Source of the DNA: Deltaproteobacteria bacterium
Lineage (GTDB): Bacteria > Myxococcota > Kuafuiibacteriia > Kuafuiibacteriales > Kuafuiibacteriaceae
Reading direction: 5' to 3'
NCBI GenBank assembly: GCA_040218735.1
Contig: JAVJQW010000038.1
Span: forward strand, 1-64,000
Length of the DNA stretch: 64,000 nt
Under the pieces are notes generated by a model, which saw only the letters and a program-made list of their open reading frames with translations, made no database searches and was not told the origin of the DNA. Positions within the stretch are counted from its first letter, which is position 1. Each line of letters opens with the position of its first letter. Positions 1-10,500 of this stretch are shown piece after piece. The position numbers and the translations under genes are program-made.

Positions 1-139
1 CGTTCTGGGGGAACGCGTAATGCAGCAACTCAAGAGACCACCGGTAAGCCGTGTGCGGGAAATCCGCACGCACGGTTTGAAAGGGGGTCTTGATTCACTC
101 TTCCGCCGAACGGCGGCAAAGGAATAAGGATCTACCAAT
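1..139 (+). mobile_element. 3' end of a group II intron (domain V ~46-78, domain VI ~83-136, 3' splice site after ...CTACCAAT at 139)
   Basis: AAGCCGTGTGCGGGAAATCCGCACGCACGGTTT matches the domain V consensus (AGC triad, GAAA loop, AC bulge). GGGGGTCTT...AAGGATCT-A-CC forms domain VI with a bulged A134, followed by an AY terminus (AAT). The segment is lower in GC than its flanks. Confidence 0.92.
3..20 (+). CDS. possible last codons (FWGNA*) of the intron-encoded RT/maturase, partial
   Basis: An in-frame TAA at 18-20 lies just upstream of domain V, where intron-encoded protein ORFs usually end. Only 5 codons are visible. Confidence 0.35.
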   Translation, partial: FWGNA

Positions 140-1286
140 GACCTGGTTCTCTGGCCTCGCCTGCGGCCGCTGCGACGCACCCCACGACCGTCACCGCATC
201 CAACGCACCTGCACCGCGTGCGGGGGTCCGCTCCTCGCGCAGTACGACTTCGATCGCGTCGCGCCGTCGCTCGCCGATGTGCTCGCGCGCCGCCCCGGAC
301 AGAACCGCCTCTTCGAGCTGTCGCCCCTCAGCGGTGGCATCGAAGCGCCGACGCTCGGAGAAGGCGCCACTCCGCTCGTCCCCGTGCCGCGCCTCGGCGC
401 CGCGCTCGGCGCGAACCGCTTGTTCGTGAAGGACGAAGCCCAGAACCCGACCGCGTCCTTCAAGGCGCGCGGCATGGCGGCGGCGATGGGGCGCGCGAAG
501 GAGCTCGGCATCGAAGCGGTGTGTCTGCCGTCCGCCGGAAACGCGGGCGGCGCCGCCGCGGCCTACGGCGCGATGCACGGCATCGAGGTCCACGTCTACG
601 TCCCGAAGAGCACCCCCGCGCCGATCGTCGCCGAGACCCGCGCGCTCGGCGCGAACGTCACGTTGATCGACGGCACGATCGCGGACGCCGGCCACGCCCT
701 CGCGCCCGTCGCCGAGGAGAACGGCTGGTTCCCGCTGTCGACGCTGCGCGAGCCCTACCGAATCGAAGGCAAGAAGGTGATGGGCTTCGAGCTCCTCTAC
801 GACCTCGGCGTGCTCCCCGACGCCGTCGTCTACCCGACCGGCGGCGGAACCGGCCTCATCGGGATGTACAAGGCGTTCGACGAGATGGAGCGCCTCGGCT
901 GGATCGATTCGCGGCGCCCCAAGATGATCTCCGTGCAGACCGCCGGCTGCGCGCCGATCGTGCGTGCGTTCGAACAGGGCCTCGAGTCTGCGCCGCCGTG
1001 GGAGGCCCCGGACCTCACCGCGGCGTTCGGTCTGCGCGTCCCCGGCGCGCTCGGCGACTTCCTCATCCTGCGCGCCGTGCGTGAATCGAAAGGCACGGCA
1101 ATCGCGATCGCCGAGGAGGATCTGCTGGCGGGTGCGCAGGACATGGCGCGCCTATCGGGGCTCCAGGGCGCCGCAGAGAGCGGCGCGTGCGTCGCGGCGG
1201 TGCGTCAGCTGATCGGCAACGGCTTCCTCGGCGCCGACGAGACCATCGTCATCTTCGGCACCGGCCACGCGCTCAAGTACGGCTAA
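138..1286 (+). CDS. thrC: threonine synthase (PLP-dependent, fold type II)
   Basis: N-terminal CxxC...CxxC, LGEGATPL, NPTASFKARG (PLP Lys), SAGNAG, YPTGGGTG and a terminal TGHALKY. ATG at 138 is preceded by AAGGA. Confidence 0.9.
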   Translation: MTWFSGLACGRCDAPHDRHRIQRTCTACGGPLLAQYDFDRVAPSLADVLARRPGQNRLFELSPLSGGIEAPTLGEGATPLVPVPRLGAALGANRLFVKDEAQNPTASFKARGMAAAMGRAKELGIEAVCLPSAGNAGGAAAAYGAMHGIEVHVYVPKSTPAPIVAETRALGANVTLIDGTIADAGHALAPVAEENGWFPLSTLREPYRIEGKKVMGFELLYDLGVLPDAVVYPTGGGTGLIGMYKAFDEMERLGWIDSRRPKMISVQTAGCAPIVRAFEQGLESAPPWEAPDLTAAFGLRVPGALGDFLILRAVRESKGTAIAIAEEDLLAGAQDMARLSGLQGAAESGACVAAVRQLIGNGFLGADETIVIFGTGHALKYG

Positions 1287-3712
1287 CGTGCGAGCGCCGC
1301 GTCGTGCTGCCAGTCCTCGTCGAAGAACCCCGCGGTCCTCGCGCCGCGGCGCTCGAAGACGAAGTAGTCCGGGTAGCCGAAGCCGCTCCGGAACGGGATG
1401 ACGCCATTCAGTAGAGTTTCGTCGCCGGCGGGCGCGTGGATGAGCGCCGACAAACGTCCGTCCTCCGGGAACACCGTGATGATCGCCGCGTCGTCGTAGC
1501 GCGTCGGGCCCACCGTCACCCCCGTCGCGTCCCACTGCACCGGGAGGTTCGTGGTGTCGGCGAGCGCGTCGGCGCCGACGCCGAGGTACACGATGTGGTG
1601 CTCGGCGCGCAGCGCCTCGGTCAGCGCGCTCACCGGGAGCGCAGTGGCGTAGCCGTTCCCGATCAACTGCCACGCGGTGATGAGGTAGGCGGCGTAGCGG
1701 CGGTAGTAGTCGCCGTCGTCCGGGTACACGAAGAGGAACGGTCGCAGGAACGCCTCCTTGAACGGGCCATGGGCGCCCGGCGTCTTCACGGCGGCGCCGA
1801 ACCGCATCAAGTCGTTCGTGACCGACCACACCTCGCCGTCGACGGTGACGCTCGAGATCCCGGCCTCCATCAGGCGCCCGCCGTCGAGCTCGAGGAGCGC
1901 GACGTTGTCGGTGGTGAGTGCGAGCATGCCCGCGCCGGCCGAAGTCGAGGTCACCGCCGAGGTCGCGTAGGGATCCTCGACGGCCAGGACGTTCACAAAA
2001 CCGTAGCGACCGTTCACCCACGGCGCCGCCGCGTGGAAGGTGAACGAGGTCGGGTTGGTGTCGACGGTGCGCGCCTGCATGAAGTCCATCATCGGCGTCC
2101 AGTCGACGCAGTCCGCGCCGTCCGCCACATCGCCGTTCCACCAGTGACCGGCGCCGGGTTGCTCGTGGTACTGCACGTCCTCGGTGATCGTCCGCGCGGC
2201 GTCGCGCATCTGGCGGCCGAGGGTGACGGGCACGTTGTTGTCCGCGTCGCCGTGGATGATGTAGATGCCGCGCCCTTCGATGTTCTCCAGGATGTCGAGC
2301 GTCTGGCTCTGGTGCTGCGCGGCGCGGAACGCCTCCGCGAGGCCGGGGCCCTGCGGTGAACGCGCGCCCCCATACTGATCGAACTGGCTCCAACCCGCGC
2401 TGGGGCCGAGCACCGCGAAGCGGTCCGGGTGGTTCACGCCAACGTTCCAGGTGCCGTGCCCACCCATCGAGTGGCCGGTCAGATACACGCGCGTCTCGTC
2501 GATGCGGTACTGCGCGATGGCTTCGTCGAGCGCTTCAATCGCGTCGAGTCGGCCCCAGTCCTCCCAGTCGAATCCGAAGGGGTGCCGGTTGGTCGGCGCG
2601 ACGACGTACGCCCAGTCCTTCCTCGAGTACGCGCGCGCGTGGCCCAGCGCCTCGACCGCGGCGCCGTGCAGCGCGAGGATCACGCCGTACTCGCGGTTGG
2701 GATCGAAGTTCGAGGGCGGCACGACCGCGTAGTACTGCACCGAGTGATCGATGCGGCTGACGCGTGTGCGGCGGTGCGTCGCCGTCGCCGTGATCGTCTC
2801 GAGCTCGATGGTCGTGCGGTAGCGGAAGTCGAGGGACGCGGACTCCACTTCCAGCTCGACCTCGATCGTGGTGTCGGGCTCCGTCACCGCCTGCTTCGGC
2901 TCCAAGCGGAACGCGACCTGCGGCGCCGAGCCGCCCGCGAGGCCGACGCGTGTCTCTTCGGTCGCCGCGAACCACGCGCTCTCGACGACGCGCGACTTCA
3001 GCTCGATGGCGGGGGCGTTGGTCAGGTTGAGCACGGGCAGGCCGACCCACTGCGTGGTGGTGTCGCCCGTGAGGAGGTGGGGCACGGTGAGGTTCGCGGT
3101 GTTGAACGCGACCTCGTCCGTGGTGCGCCACAGCTCGAGCTCGGGCGGTCCGCGCTGCGCGTCACTCGCGTAGCGGACACAGAGATCGTTGAAGCCGGCT
3201 TCGAGCGGGAGCGCGACGCGCAGTCGTCCGCGGCGGTAGAAGTCACCGAGGAGCGGCGCCCCGTTCATGTAGACGTTGGCGCTGCCGTCGAAGCGCCCGA
3301 CGAGGCCGGCGCGCTCCTCGGCGAGGAGCTGCGCGCAGAAGTATCGTGTCCCGGCGCCCGCGCCGGGGACCTCGATCGTGAAACCTTCGATGCGAGCGGC
3401 TCGCCATCGAATCCCGTTCTCGTCGGTCCCGGAGCGCGGGGTCTCGAACGTGCCGGCGGTGAGCGCGGCGACGATCGGATCCGGATCCCCCTCGGGGATG
3501 GTCGCGTAGGTCCACATCGCGACCGCGTAGGGTTCGAGTGGCGCATCGGGTGCGAGGGGTTTCGGTTCCTGTTGGGCGCCACCGTCCCGGGGTAGCGCGC
3601 CGCCGTCGCGCGCGACGCCGCCGTCCCGGTCGCCCATGTCGGGCGGTGCCGGGTCGGGGTCCGAGCAGGCGAACGCGAGCAGAACGAGGAGCCCGAACGG
3701 ATACCGGTGCAT
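1283..3712 (-). CDS. lipoprotein alpha/beta-hydrolase (prolyl oligopeptidase/esterase-like)
   Basis: Lipobox LAFAC, ALHG, GHSMGG nucleophile elbow, HGDADNNVP (Asp) and GAGHWW (His). Start reassigned to MHRYPF. Confidence 0.8.
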   Translation of the reverse strand: MHRYPFGLLVLLAFACSDPDPAPPDMGDRDGGVARDGGALPRDGGAQQEPKPLAPDAPLEPYAVAMWTYATIPEGDPDPIVAALTAGTFETPRSGTDENGIRWRAARIEGFTIEVPGAGAGTRYFCAQLLAEERAGLVGRFDGSANVYMNGAPLLGDFYRRGRLRVALPLEAGFNDLCVRYASDAQRGPPELELWRTTDEVAFNTANLTVPHLLTGDTTTQWVGLPVLNLTNAPAIELKSRVVESAWFAATEETRVGLAGGSAPQVAFRLEPKQAVTEPDTTIEVELEVESASLDFRYRTTIELETITATATHRRTRVSRIDHSVQYYAVVPPSNFDPNREYGVILALHGAAVEALGHARAYSRKDWAYVVAPTNRHPFGFDWEDWGRLDAIEALDEAIAQYRIDETRVYLTGHSMGGHGTWNVGVNHPDRFAVLGPSAGWSQFDQYGGARSPQGPGLAEAFRAAQHQSQTLDILENIEGRGIYIIHGDADNNVPVTLGRQMRDAARTITEDVQYHEQPGAGHWWNGDVADGADCVDWTPMMDFMQARTVDTNPTSFTFHAAAPWVNGRYGFVNVLAVEDPYATSAVTSTSAGAGMLALTTDNVALLELDGGRLMEAGISSVTVDGEVWSVTNDLMRFGAAVKTPGAHGPFKEAFLRPFLFVYPDDGDYYRRYAAYLITAWQLIGNGYATALPVSALTEALRAEHHIVYLGVGADALADTTNLPVQWDATGVTVGPTRYDDAAIITVFPEDGRLSALIHAPAGDETLLNGVIPFRSGFGYPDYFVFERRGARTAGFFDEDWQHDAALAR

Positions 3713-3801
3713 CGAGCGCCACCGTACTCGAAACCGCGCGGTCCGCGGAGGGTCGCGCTCGCGTCGTCGCTTCGCGCCGTATTCTCCCATAGAGTGCCCC
3801 C

Positions 3802-4989
3802 ATGCGTGGTGCGTGGCGGATCGTGGGTGCCTTGTTCGTCGCGGCGCTGGTGACCTGCGCCGACGACGCCGAGGACCTCACGTTCACGGAGTGTCGATCG
3901 AGCCTGCAGTGCGACGTCCTCGAAGTCACCAACGCCGCCTGCGCCGACGGGCTCGACAACGACGATGATGGTCTCGCGGATTGTCGCGACTGCGGGTGCC
4001 GCACGAACCCTCTGGTCTCCGTGTGCGGGCCCCACGAGTCGACCGCGCTGAGTTGCCGGGACGGCGTGGACAACGACGGCGACGGCGCGGTGGATTGCCT
4101 CGACGACGCGTGCGCGGGCCTCGAGGTCTGCGCGGAGTCGGACTGCGGTAACGGCGTCGACGACAACGGTGACGGGCTCATCGACTGCGAGCAGCGTTCG
4201 TGCGCCGGGACACCCGACTGCTTCGTCGCCGAGGACACCCCCGACCTCTGCAGCGACGGGATCGACAACGACGGGGATCAGTTCATCGACTGCGACGACG
4301 TGGACTGCGGCATGATGTGCGTCCGCGAAGACACCCTCGCGCTGTGCTCGGACGGCCTCGACAACGACAACAACGGCTTCGCGGACTGCAACGACTTCGG
4401 CTGCTCGTCTTCACCCGACGCGACGATTGTCGAGTACTGCGAGACGGCGTTCCCTCCCGAGGACACGTTCGACCGGTGCACGGACGGGCTGGACAACGAC
4501 GGGAACGGGTTCGCGGATTGCGCCGACCTCGGCTGCACACGAAACGCCGATCCCCAAGTCCGCGACCTCTGCGCCGACGTCGCCGAAAACAGCGCCGACC
4601 GGTGCAGCGACGGCCTCGACAACGACAACAACGGCTTCATCGATTGTGAGGATCTCTCGTGCTCGAGGAGCAGCGATCCGACCGTCGCCGCCGTCTGCGC
4701 GAACGCCACCGAGGCGACGCTGGATCTGTGTCGCGATGGCGTCGACAACGACGGCGACGGCTTCGTGGACTGCGCCGATCCGGAGTGCTCGCAGCACGGC
4801 GTCGCCACGGCGGACGCGCTCCGCGCGTGTGTCGAGGTCTCGGGTAGCCTGAGCCCGGCGCAGGTCGACGGGTTCTGCTCCGACGGAATCGACAACGACG
4901 AGGACGGCTACGTCGACTGCGAGGACTTCGACTGCGCGTTCCATCCGTTCGTCACGCGATGTGACGAAACGGATGTCACGTGCCGCTGA
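3802..4989 (+). CDS. secreted Cys/Asp-rich repeat protein (9 x CxDGxDNDxDGxxDC, putative Ca/metal-binding)
   Basis: Hydrophobic signal ending in LVTC, then nine repeats of the myxobacterial-type motif. Confidence 0.8.
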   Translation: MRGAWRIVGALFVAALVTCADDAEDLTFTECRSSLQCDVLEVTNAACADGLDNDDDGLADCRDCGCRTNPLVSVCGPHESTALSCRDGVDNDGDGAVDCLDDACAGLEVCAESDCGNGVDDNGDGLIDCEQRSCAGTPDCFVAEDTPDLCSDGIDNDGDQFIDCDDVDCGMMCVREDTLALCSDGLDNDNNGFADCNDFGCSSSPDATIVEYCETAFPPEDTFDRCTDGLDNDGNGFADCADLGCTRNADPQVRDLCADVAENSADRCSDGLDNDNNGFIDCEDLSCSRSSDPTVAAVCANATEATLDLCRDGVDNDGDGFVDCADPECSQHGVATADALRACVEVSGSLSPAQVDGFCSDGIDNDEDGYVDCEDFDCAFHPFVTRCDETDVTCR

Positions 4990-5742
4990 TCAGACGGAGC
5001 CGAAGCCGCCGTCGACCGGGAGCTCCGCCGCGTTGATGTACGCGGCGTCCGCCGAGCCCAGGAACGCCACCGCCGCCGCGATGTCCGTCGCGGCGCCGAA
5101 TCGGCTGAGCGGCACCTGCTCGACGATGCCCTTCGCGAACGCGTCGAGCTGCTCGGAGGGCATGCCCATCTTCGCGTAGATCGGTGTCTCGATCGGCCCG
5201 GGGCTCACCGCGTTCACCCGGATGTTCCGGTCCGCGAGCTCCACCGCCGCGGCCCGGACGATCGACCGCAGCGCGGCCTTCGTCGCGCCGTACGCCGTCG
5301 CGCCGGCCAGCCCCTTCACGTTCACGACGGAGGTGTTCACGACGACGGACGCGCCCTCCGCCAGGATCCGCGACGCCGCCTTCAGCGCGAGCCACGGACC
5401 GCGGACGTTCACCGACCACATCTGATCGAAGTCCTCCACCGGCGCCACCTCGAGCGGAGCGAACTTCGCGATGCCCGCATTGAGGAAGAGCAGGTCGATG
5501 CGACCGTGGTCCTTCTCGATCTTCGCGACCAGCGCCTCGATCGCCGCCGGGTCACTCGCGTCCGACGCCAGCACCTCCACGCGGTCACCGAGCGTCTCCT
5601 TGGCCTTCTGCAGCGTATCGGGGTTCCTGCCGGTCGCGATGACCGTCGCGCCCTCGTCGGCGAGGCGCTGCGCCGTCGCCAGCCCGATCCCCGTCGTCCC
5701 CCCGGTCACCAACGCGATCTTGTCTTCGTATCGTCGAGTCAT
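4990..5742 (-). CDS. SDR family oxidoreductase
   Basis: TGGTTGIG, NAG, YGATK, VNAVSPG and VDGG motifs. Confidence 0.93.
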   Translation of the reverse strand: MTRRYEDKIALVTGGTTGIGLATAQRLADEGATVIATGRNPDTLQKAKETLGDRVEVLASDASDPAAIEALVAKIEKDHGRIDLLFLNAGIAKFAPLEVAPVEDFDQMWSVNVRGPWLALKAASRILAEGASVVVNTSVVNVKGLAGATAYGATKAALRSIVRAAAVELADRNIRVNAVSPGPIETPIYAKMGMPSEQLDAFAKGIVEQVPLSRFGAATDIAAAVAFLGSADAAYINAAELPVDGGFGSV

Positions 5743-5772
5743 TTCTCTTCCCTCTCCCGTATCGATTGATTA

Positions 5773-5793
5773 TGTGTCAGTGACACAGTTACA
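5773..5793. promoter_or_regulatory. inverted-repeat operator upstream of the SDR gene
   Basis: Perfect palindrome TGTGTCA-G-TGACACA (5773-5787) overlapping TGTCAG-N7-GTTACA (5775-5793), in an AT-rich patch about 30 bp upstream of the SDR start. Confidence 0.55.
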
Positions 5794-5934
5794 GTTTGAT
5801 GGACACAACCGCGACGGTCCGGATGTTGTTCCGGCGCGACGCAAAAAAACTTCGACGTTCTCGGTCACGACTCGGCGGGTCGCGGGTCTGTTCCTTCGAG
5901 CGCGCACCAACCGCGCGAGGAGGAACGACGAACG

Positions 5935-7506
5935 ATGAATCGAAGGACGACAACCGGCGCGGCTCTAGTACTGATGGTCGGGCTCGCGGCGCCCGCGGTG
6001 GCCCAGAGCAGCTCGGTCGGCACGGTGACGAACGGGACGCTGCTGATCTACGGCTCGCAGGACGCCGACTCGGTGAGCGTCGAAACCCGGTACGGCGACC
6101 TCTGGGTGTGGAGCGGACGGACCCTGGCGACGTTCCCGATGAACGGCGTGAACCGCATCCAGTTCTCCGGGAGCAGCGGGGACGACTACTTCGCGAACTT
6201 CACGTCGATCCCCTGCGAGGTCGACGGGGGCTCGGGCGACGATCGAATCTACGGCGGCAGCGGGGACGACCGCCTCGTCGGCAACTACGGCAACGACAGT
6301 ATCGACGGCCGCGACGGTGACGACGTCATCTGGGGCTCCGGCGGTCACGACACCCTGCGCGGCGGCGCGGACAACGACGAGATCCACGGCCACGGCGGCA
6401 ACGACACCATCTACGGCGGGAGCCACGGCGATCGGATCTACCCGGGCACCGGGAACGACGTCGTGTATGGCGAAGGTGGCATGGACATCATCGTCGCCCT
6501 CGGCGGCGACTACGATGTCATCTACGGCGGCTCGCAGTGGGATGTGTTCTGGCTGGACCCCGGCGACACACTCTACGACGCGTCGACGATCGAGGCGGCG
6601 CGTGGGTACGTCCACCGTGTGGCGGCGTTCGAAGCCGTCGGTAGCATGACGCCATCGATCGCGCTCAATGGACCCGACCTCCCGGACCCTGCGTTGCTCT
6701 CGTGGACCTTTCCGTCGTGGGCCGACTTCCGCGCAAACCCGCTGTTCCCGTCCGCCGGCATCACCTACCAGGATGTCGACCAGAACGACGTCGGCGACTG
6801 CTACTTCCTCTCGATCCTCGCGGCGCTCGCCTACCAGCAGCCGGAGGAGATCCGGAAGATGGTGACCTCCCTCGGCGACGGGACCTACGCCGTACGTTTC
6901 TTCGACGGCGGCACGCCACGGTACGTTCGCGTCGACGCCGACTTGCCCGTCAACGTGATGGGCACTCCGGTCTACGCCGGGCTCGGTACCGAAGGGGCGA
7001 TCTGGGGACCGCTCGTCGAGAAGGCGTACGCAGTCTTCCGTCAGGGCACGAACGACTACGCCGACATCGTCGCCGGCAACAGCACCGCGCCGGGTCACCT
7101 CGGCGGCTGGAGTTGGTCATTCTACGCGACGGGGCCCGACGCCGGAGACGTCCGGATGTGGGATCAGGCCGGTCGACCGCCCGGCTGGATCGCCGACGAG
7201 ATCCGAGACGGCGTTACCGCCATGTTGCTCGATGCCGACGCGCGGCTCGCCAGCGGCAAGCCGCTGTACACCAAGAGCATCTCGGGCGCGTCGGACACGA
7301 CCGCGCTGACCAGCAACAACTTCCAGCGCGGACAGCATCTCGTCGCGGTCCTCTCGATCGAGAAGGACGACGACGGCAACCCGACCGGGCTCGTGCTCTA
7401 CGACCAGCGATCGCCGAACGCCACGCAGACGCTCAACGACTTCGCCCAGATCTATTACCTGTACGGCATGATCCGAGGGCAGTACTTCACGTGGAGCCCG
7501 CCCTGA
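5935..7506 (+). CDS. secreted calpain-like (C2) cysteine protease with hemolysin-type Ca-binding repeats
   Basis: GAGGAA RBS, Sec signal (AVA|Q), multiple GGxGxD nonapeptides, QNDVGDCYFLS (catalytic Cys), WGPLVEKAYA and HLVAV. Confidence 0.85.
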   Translation: MNRRTTTGAALVLMVGLAAPAVAQSSSVGTVTNGTLLIYGSQDADSVSVETRYGDLWVWSGRTLATFPMNGVNRIQFSGSSGDDYFANFTSIPCEVDGGSGDDRIYGGSGDDRLVGNYGNDSIDGRDGDDVIWGSGGHDTLRGGADNDEIHGHGGNDTIYGGSHGDRIYPGTGNDVVYGEGGMDIIVALGGDYDVIYGGSQWDVFWLDPGDTLYDASTIEAARGYVHRVAAFEAVGSMTPSIALNGPDLPDPALLSWTFPSWADFRANPLFPSAGITYQDVDQNDVGDCYFLSILAALAYQQPEEIRKMVTSLGDGTYAVRFFDGGTPRYVRVDADLPVNVMGTPVYAGLGTEGAIWGPLVEKAYAVFRQGTNDYADIVAGNSTAPGHLGGWSWSFYATGPDAGDVRMWDQAGRPPGWIADEIRDGVTAMLLDADARLASGKPLYTKSISGASDTTALTSNNFQRGQHLVAVLSIEKDDDGNPTGLVLYDQRSPNATQTLNDFAQIYYLYGMIRGQYFTWSPP

Positions 7507-10500
7507 ACGCGTCGGTCCACGACTGCCACGCCGCAGACCACTGACGGTTCGTCGGGTACGCGTCGACGAGCCCCGCCCACGCTGCGTCGACCCGCCCGCC
7601 GAGCTCCGCCGCGCGGTCCCCGTCGCCGAGGAGCACGCAGAGCCCGGCGAGCGCGCCCGCCGACCGCGTCCACCGTTCGAAGTACACCGGGTCCGCTGGC
7701 CCCTCTGCGGCGCTCGCGCGCGCTGCGGCTTCGGCGCGAATGAGCCAGTCCAGCGCCTCCTCGTGAAGACCGAAGTCACGGAGCGCCTCGCCGTAGGTCG
7801 TCAACGCATCCGCCACGAACGTGCTCTTGCGTGAGCGGCGTGCGCGCAGCGCGGCGTACGCGCCCGCTTCGAGGAACCCCAGCGTCGCGGTCGGATCGTC
7901 GCGCTCCCGCGCCACTCGGCCGAGCGTGACGAGCGCGAGCGCCTCATAAGGCAACAGCCGCGCGGGTTCGGACGGCGCTCGCATGACCTCGAGTGCCTCG
8001 TGCGCGAAACGCTCCGCTTCGTCGAGCAACCCGACCCTGCGGCTCGCCTCGGCCCTTCGAACGCGCGCCGCGACGAGGTCACCTTCGTAGAGCGCGAGAC
8101 CGTCGCCGAGCGCGAAGACGCGGCGCGCGTGCTCGTCGGCGCGCCGCGCCAACGCGAGCGCCTCCGCGTCGTGGCCCACGAGGTTGGCGATGTCGCCGAT
8201 GCTGAACAGATGCCAGACCCAACCGCGGTGTCCGAACAGATCGTCGTCGCGTGAGAGCGTCGCCGCGTGGGCGTCGCCGTGGAATCGCGCCTCGGCGGGG
8301 CGTCCGAGCAGCACCCACACGTTGAGCAGGTTCCCGTGCAGCCCGTGCAGCGCCTCCGCGCGCCCCGGAGCGTCGGCGGGCATCGCAAGCGCGACCGCGA
8401 GGGCTCGCTCGAACGCGGACTTCGCCGCGAGCGACGAACCGAAGCGCTGCTCGAAGCGCCCCGAGTTGCGGAGCTGGTCCACGAGCGTGAGCCTCAGCGT
8501 CGCGTCCTGCGGCGCCGCTTCGATCGTTCGTTCGAGCAGGGTGATCGCCTCGTCGACGAGCGCGCGCACCGTCGCGGGCTCGAAGGTGGAGATCCACACC
8601 GCCGAGTCGATGATGCCCGCGAACCCGCGGACCAGCTCGACCGATCCGGGGCGCGCCCGCAGCGCCGCGCGCGCCCGGTCGACGGCTTGAAGCGTGAGGG
8701 TCCGCGCCGCGTCGTGGTCACCGTGTTCGAGCGCGAGCTTCGTCCGACGTAGCACCGCCTCGAGCTGCAGCGCCGCCGCCTCCTGGGTTTCGATACCGGC
8801 GAGGAGCTCGTCTCCGGAAGCCGCGAGGGCCACCCGAAGATCGCTCGTCCGCGGTCGCTTCGCTGCGTCCGACACGAGGCGCGCGGCGACCTGTGTCGCG
8901 CGCGCCTCCACCTCGCGGGCGTGCGCGGCGCTCGCCGTGCGGTGCTCGCGCTCCACCACCGCCCACGTGACCAACGCGCCGATCGCCGCAGCCCCCAGCG
9001 TCGCCGCCATCGTCCGCCAACGTCGGCGCTGCTGCACTTCGGCTTCGCGCGCTGTCTGTGCCGCGAGCGCGGCGGTCAGAAACGCACGCCCCGACTTCGA
9101 TGGACGGTCCGCACCCTCGAAGTACGCCAGCTGACGGCCCCGCGGAAGCCCGTCGTCCGGCCGCCCCGCGGAGGTCCACGCGGCGGCCGCTGCCTCGAGC
9201 TCGGCGCGGGCGACGAGCGACCCACGGCAGTGGGCAACCCACGCGCGGAGTCGGGGCCAGTCGGTGCACAGCCGCTCGTGAACGAGCTCCAGGCTCGTCC
9301 CGTCGCGCGTGATGACGAGCGCGAGTCCGCCGCCGCCTTCCAGCGCATGGAGCACGCGGCGCGCGAGATCGCCGCCGCCGGCCATCACCATCGCGTCGCT
9401 CCGCTCGACAGCACGCCGCGCGGGCTCCCCGCTCCCGTCGAGCGCCACGAGCCCGACGAGTAGCTCGCGGGCCGCGGCGCGCTCACGTTCGTCGAGCGTG
9501 GCGAGCGTTCGTTCTGCGGCGGCGGTGAGCGCGCCAGCCACGCCCCCCATCGCTTCGTACGTGCCGAGGTCACACGCACCCCGCGATCTTTGCCAAAGCT
9601 CGTGGAGCGCGTAGGCGATCGTCGGCAACGAGGCACCTGCGGCGCTCTCCACCACCAGCCGCGCGACGGTCTCCTCTGGGACCGAGCGCCCCGCCAACGC
9701 AGCGGGTCCCGTAATCGCGCGCTCGAGGCCGGCGGCGTCGAGCGGACCGAGCTCGAAACGCTCGGCGCACGCATTGGCCAACCGAGCGAGCTCGGGGACC
9801 TCCGCGAGGCGAGCGGACGCGTCGGAGCGCGCCGTCGTCACGAGCCACGCGGAGCGGTCGAGGTGCGCTCGGAGCGCGTCGATGGCGTCGCGGACGGAGG
9901 CTTCGCTCTCGGACTGCGTGGCCAGCTCCTCGAGCTGATCCACCACCAGGATCGTCGGCCGCTCGGCGAGCGCCGCCGCGAACGCCGCGCCCGGATCGCG
10001 ACCCGGCCGTACGGTCGCCACGGAGGCCCCGGCGGCGAGCCCGTCGAGCGCGCCGGTCTTCAACGCCGGGAGCACCGCGGCGGCGACGAAAGACGACTTG
10101 CCGACGCCGCTGAGTCCCTCGACGGCCAGCCAGCGACGGCGGCTCCGCGCGAGGCGCTCGAACGCGAGGGTGAGCTCGGCGTCGCGTCCGAAGAACGCCG
10201 AAGCCTCGTCCTCGCGAAACGGTAACAGCCCCGGGTACGGATTGTCGGACGTCGCCGCGTCGGCGCTTCGTGCGCGTCGCCCGCGTAGGGCGCGAAGCGT
10301 GCGCGCGACGACCAACGCGGTCGCGGGGCGTTGCTCGATGCTGGGGGCGAGGCAGGCGTGGACGAGCTCGTCGAGGAGCAGCGGTGTGTCGGGGCGAAGT
10401 GAGCGCAGTCTCGGCGGCGGCGGGGCGTCGGAGGGATCAAGCGGTGGGTACGGCGCCGCGTCCGTGAGCAGCCGGTAGATCAGTACGCCGAGCGCGAAGA

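Noticed and set aside
90-137. N-terminal extension of the thrC ORF from TTG at 90 (MIHSSAERR...)
   Set aside because: It lies within intron domain VI. The ATG at 138 has an SD and matches the expected start of the enzyme.
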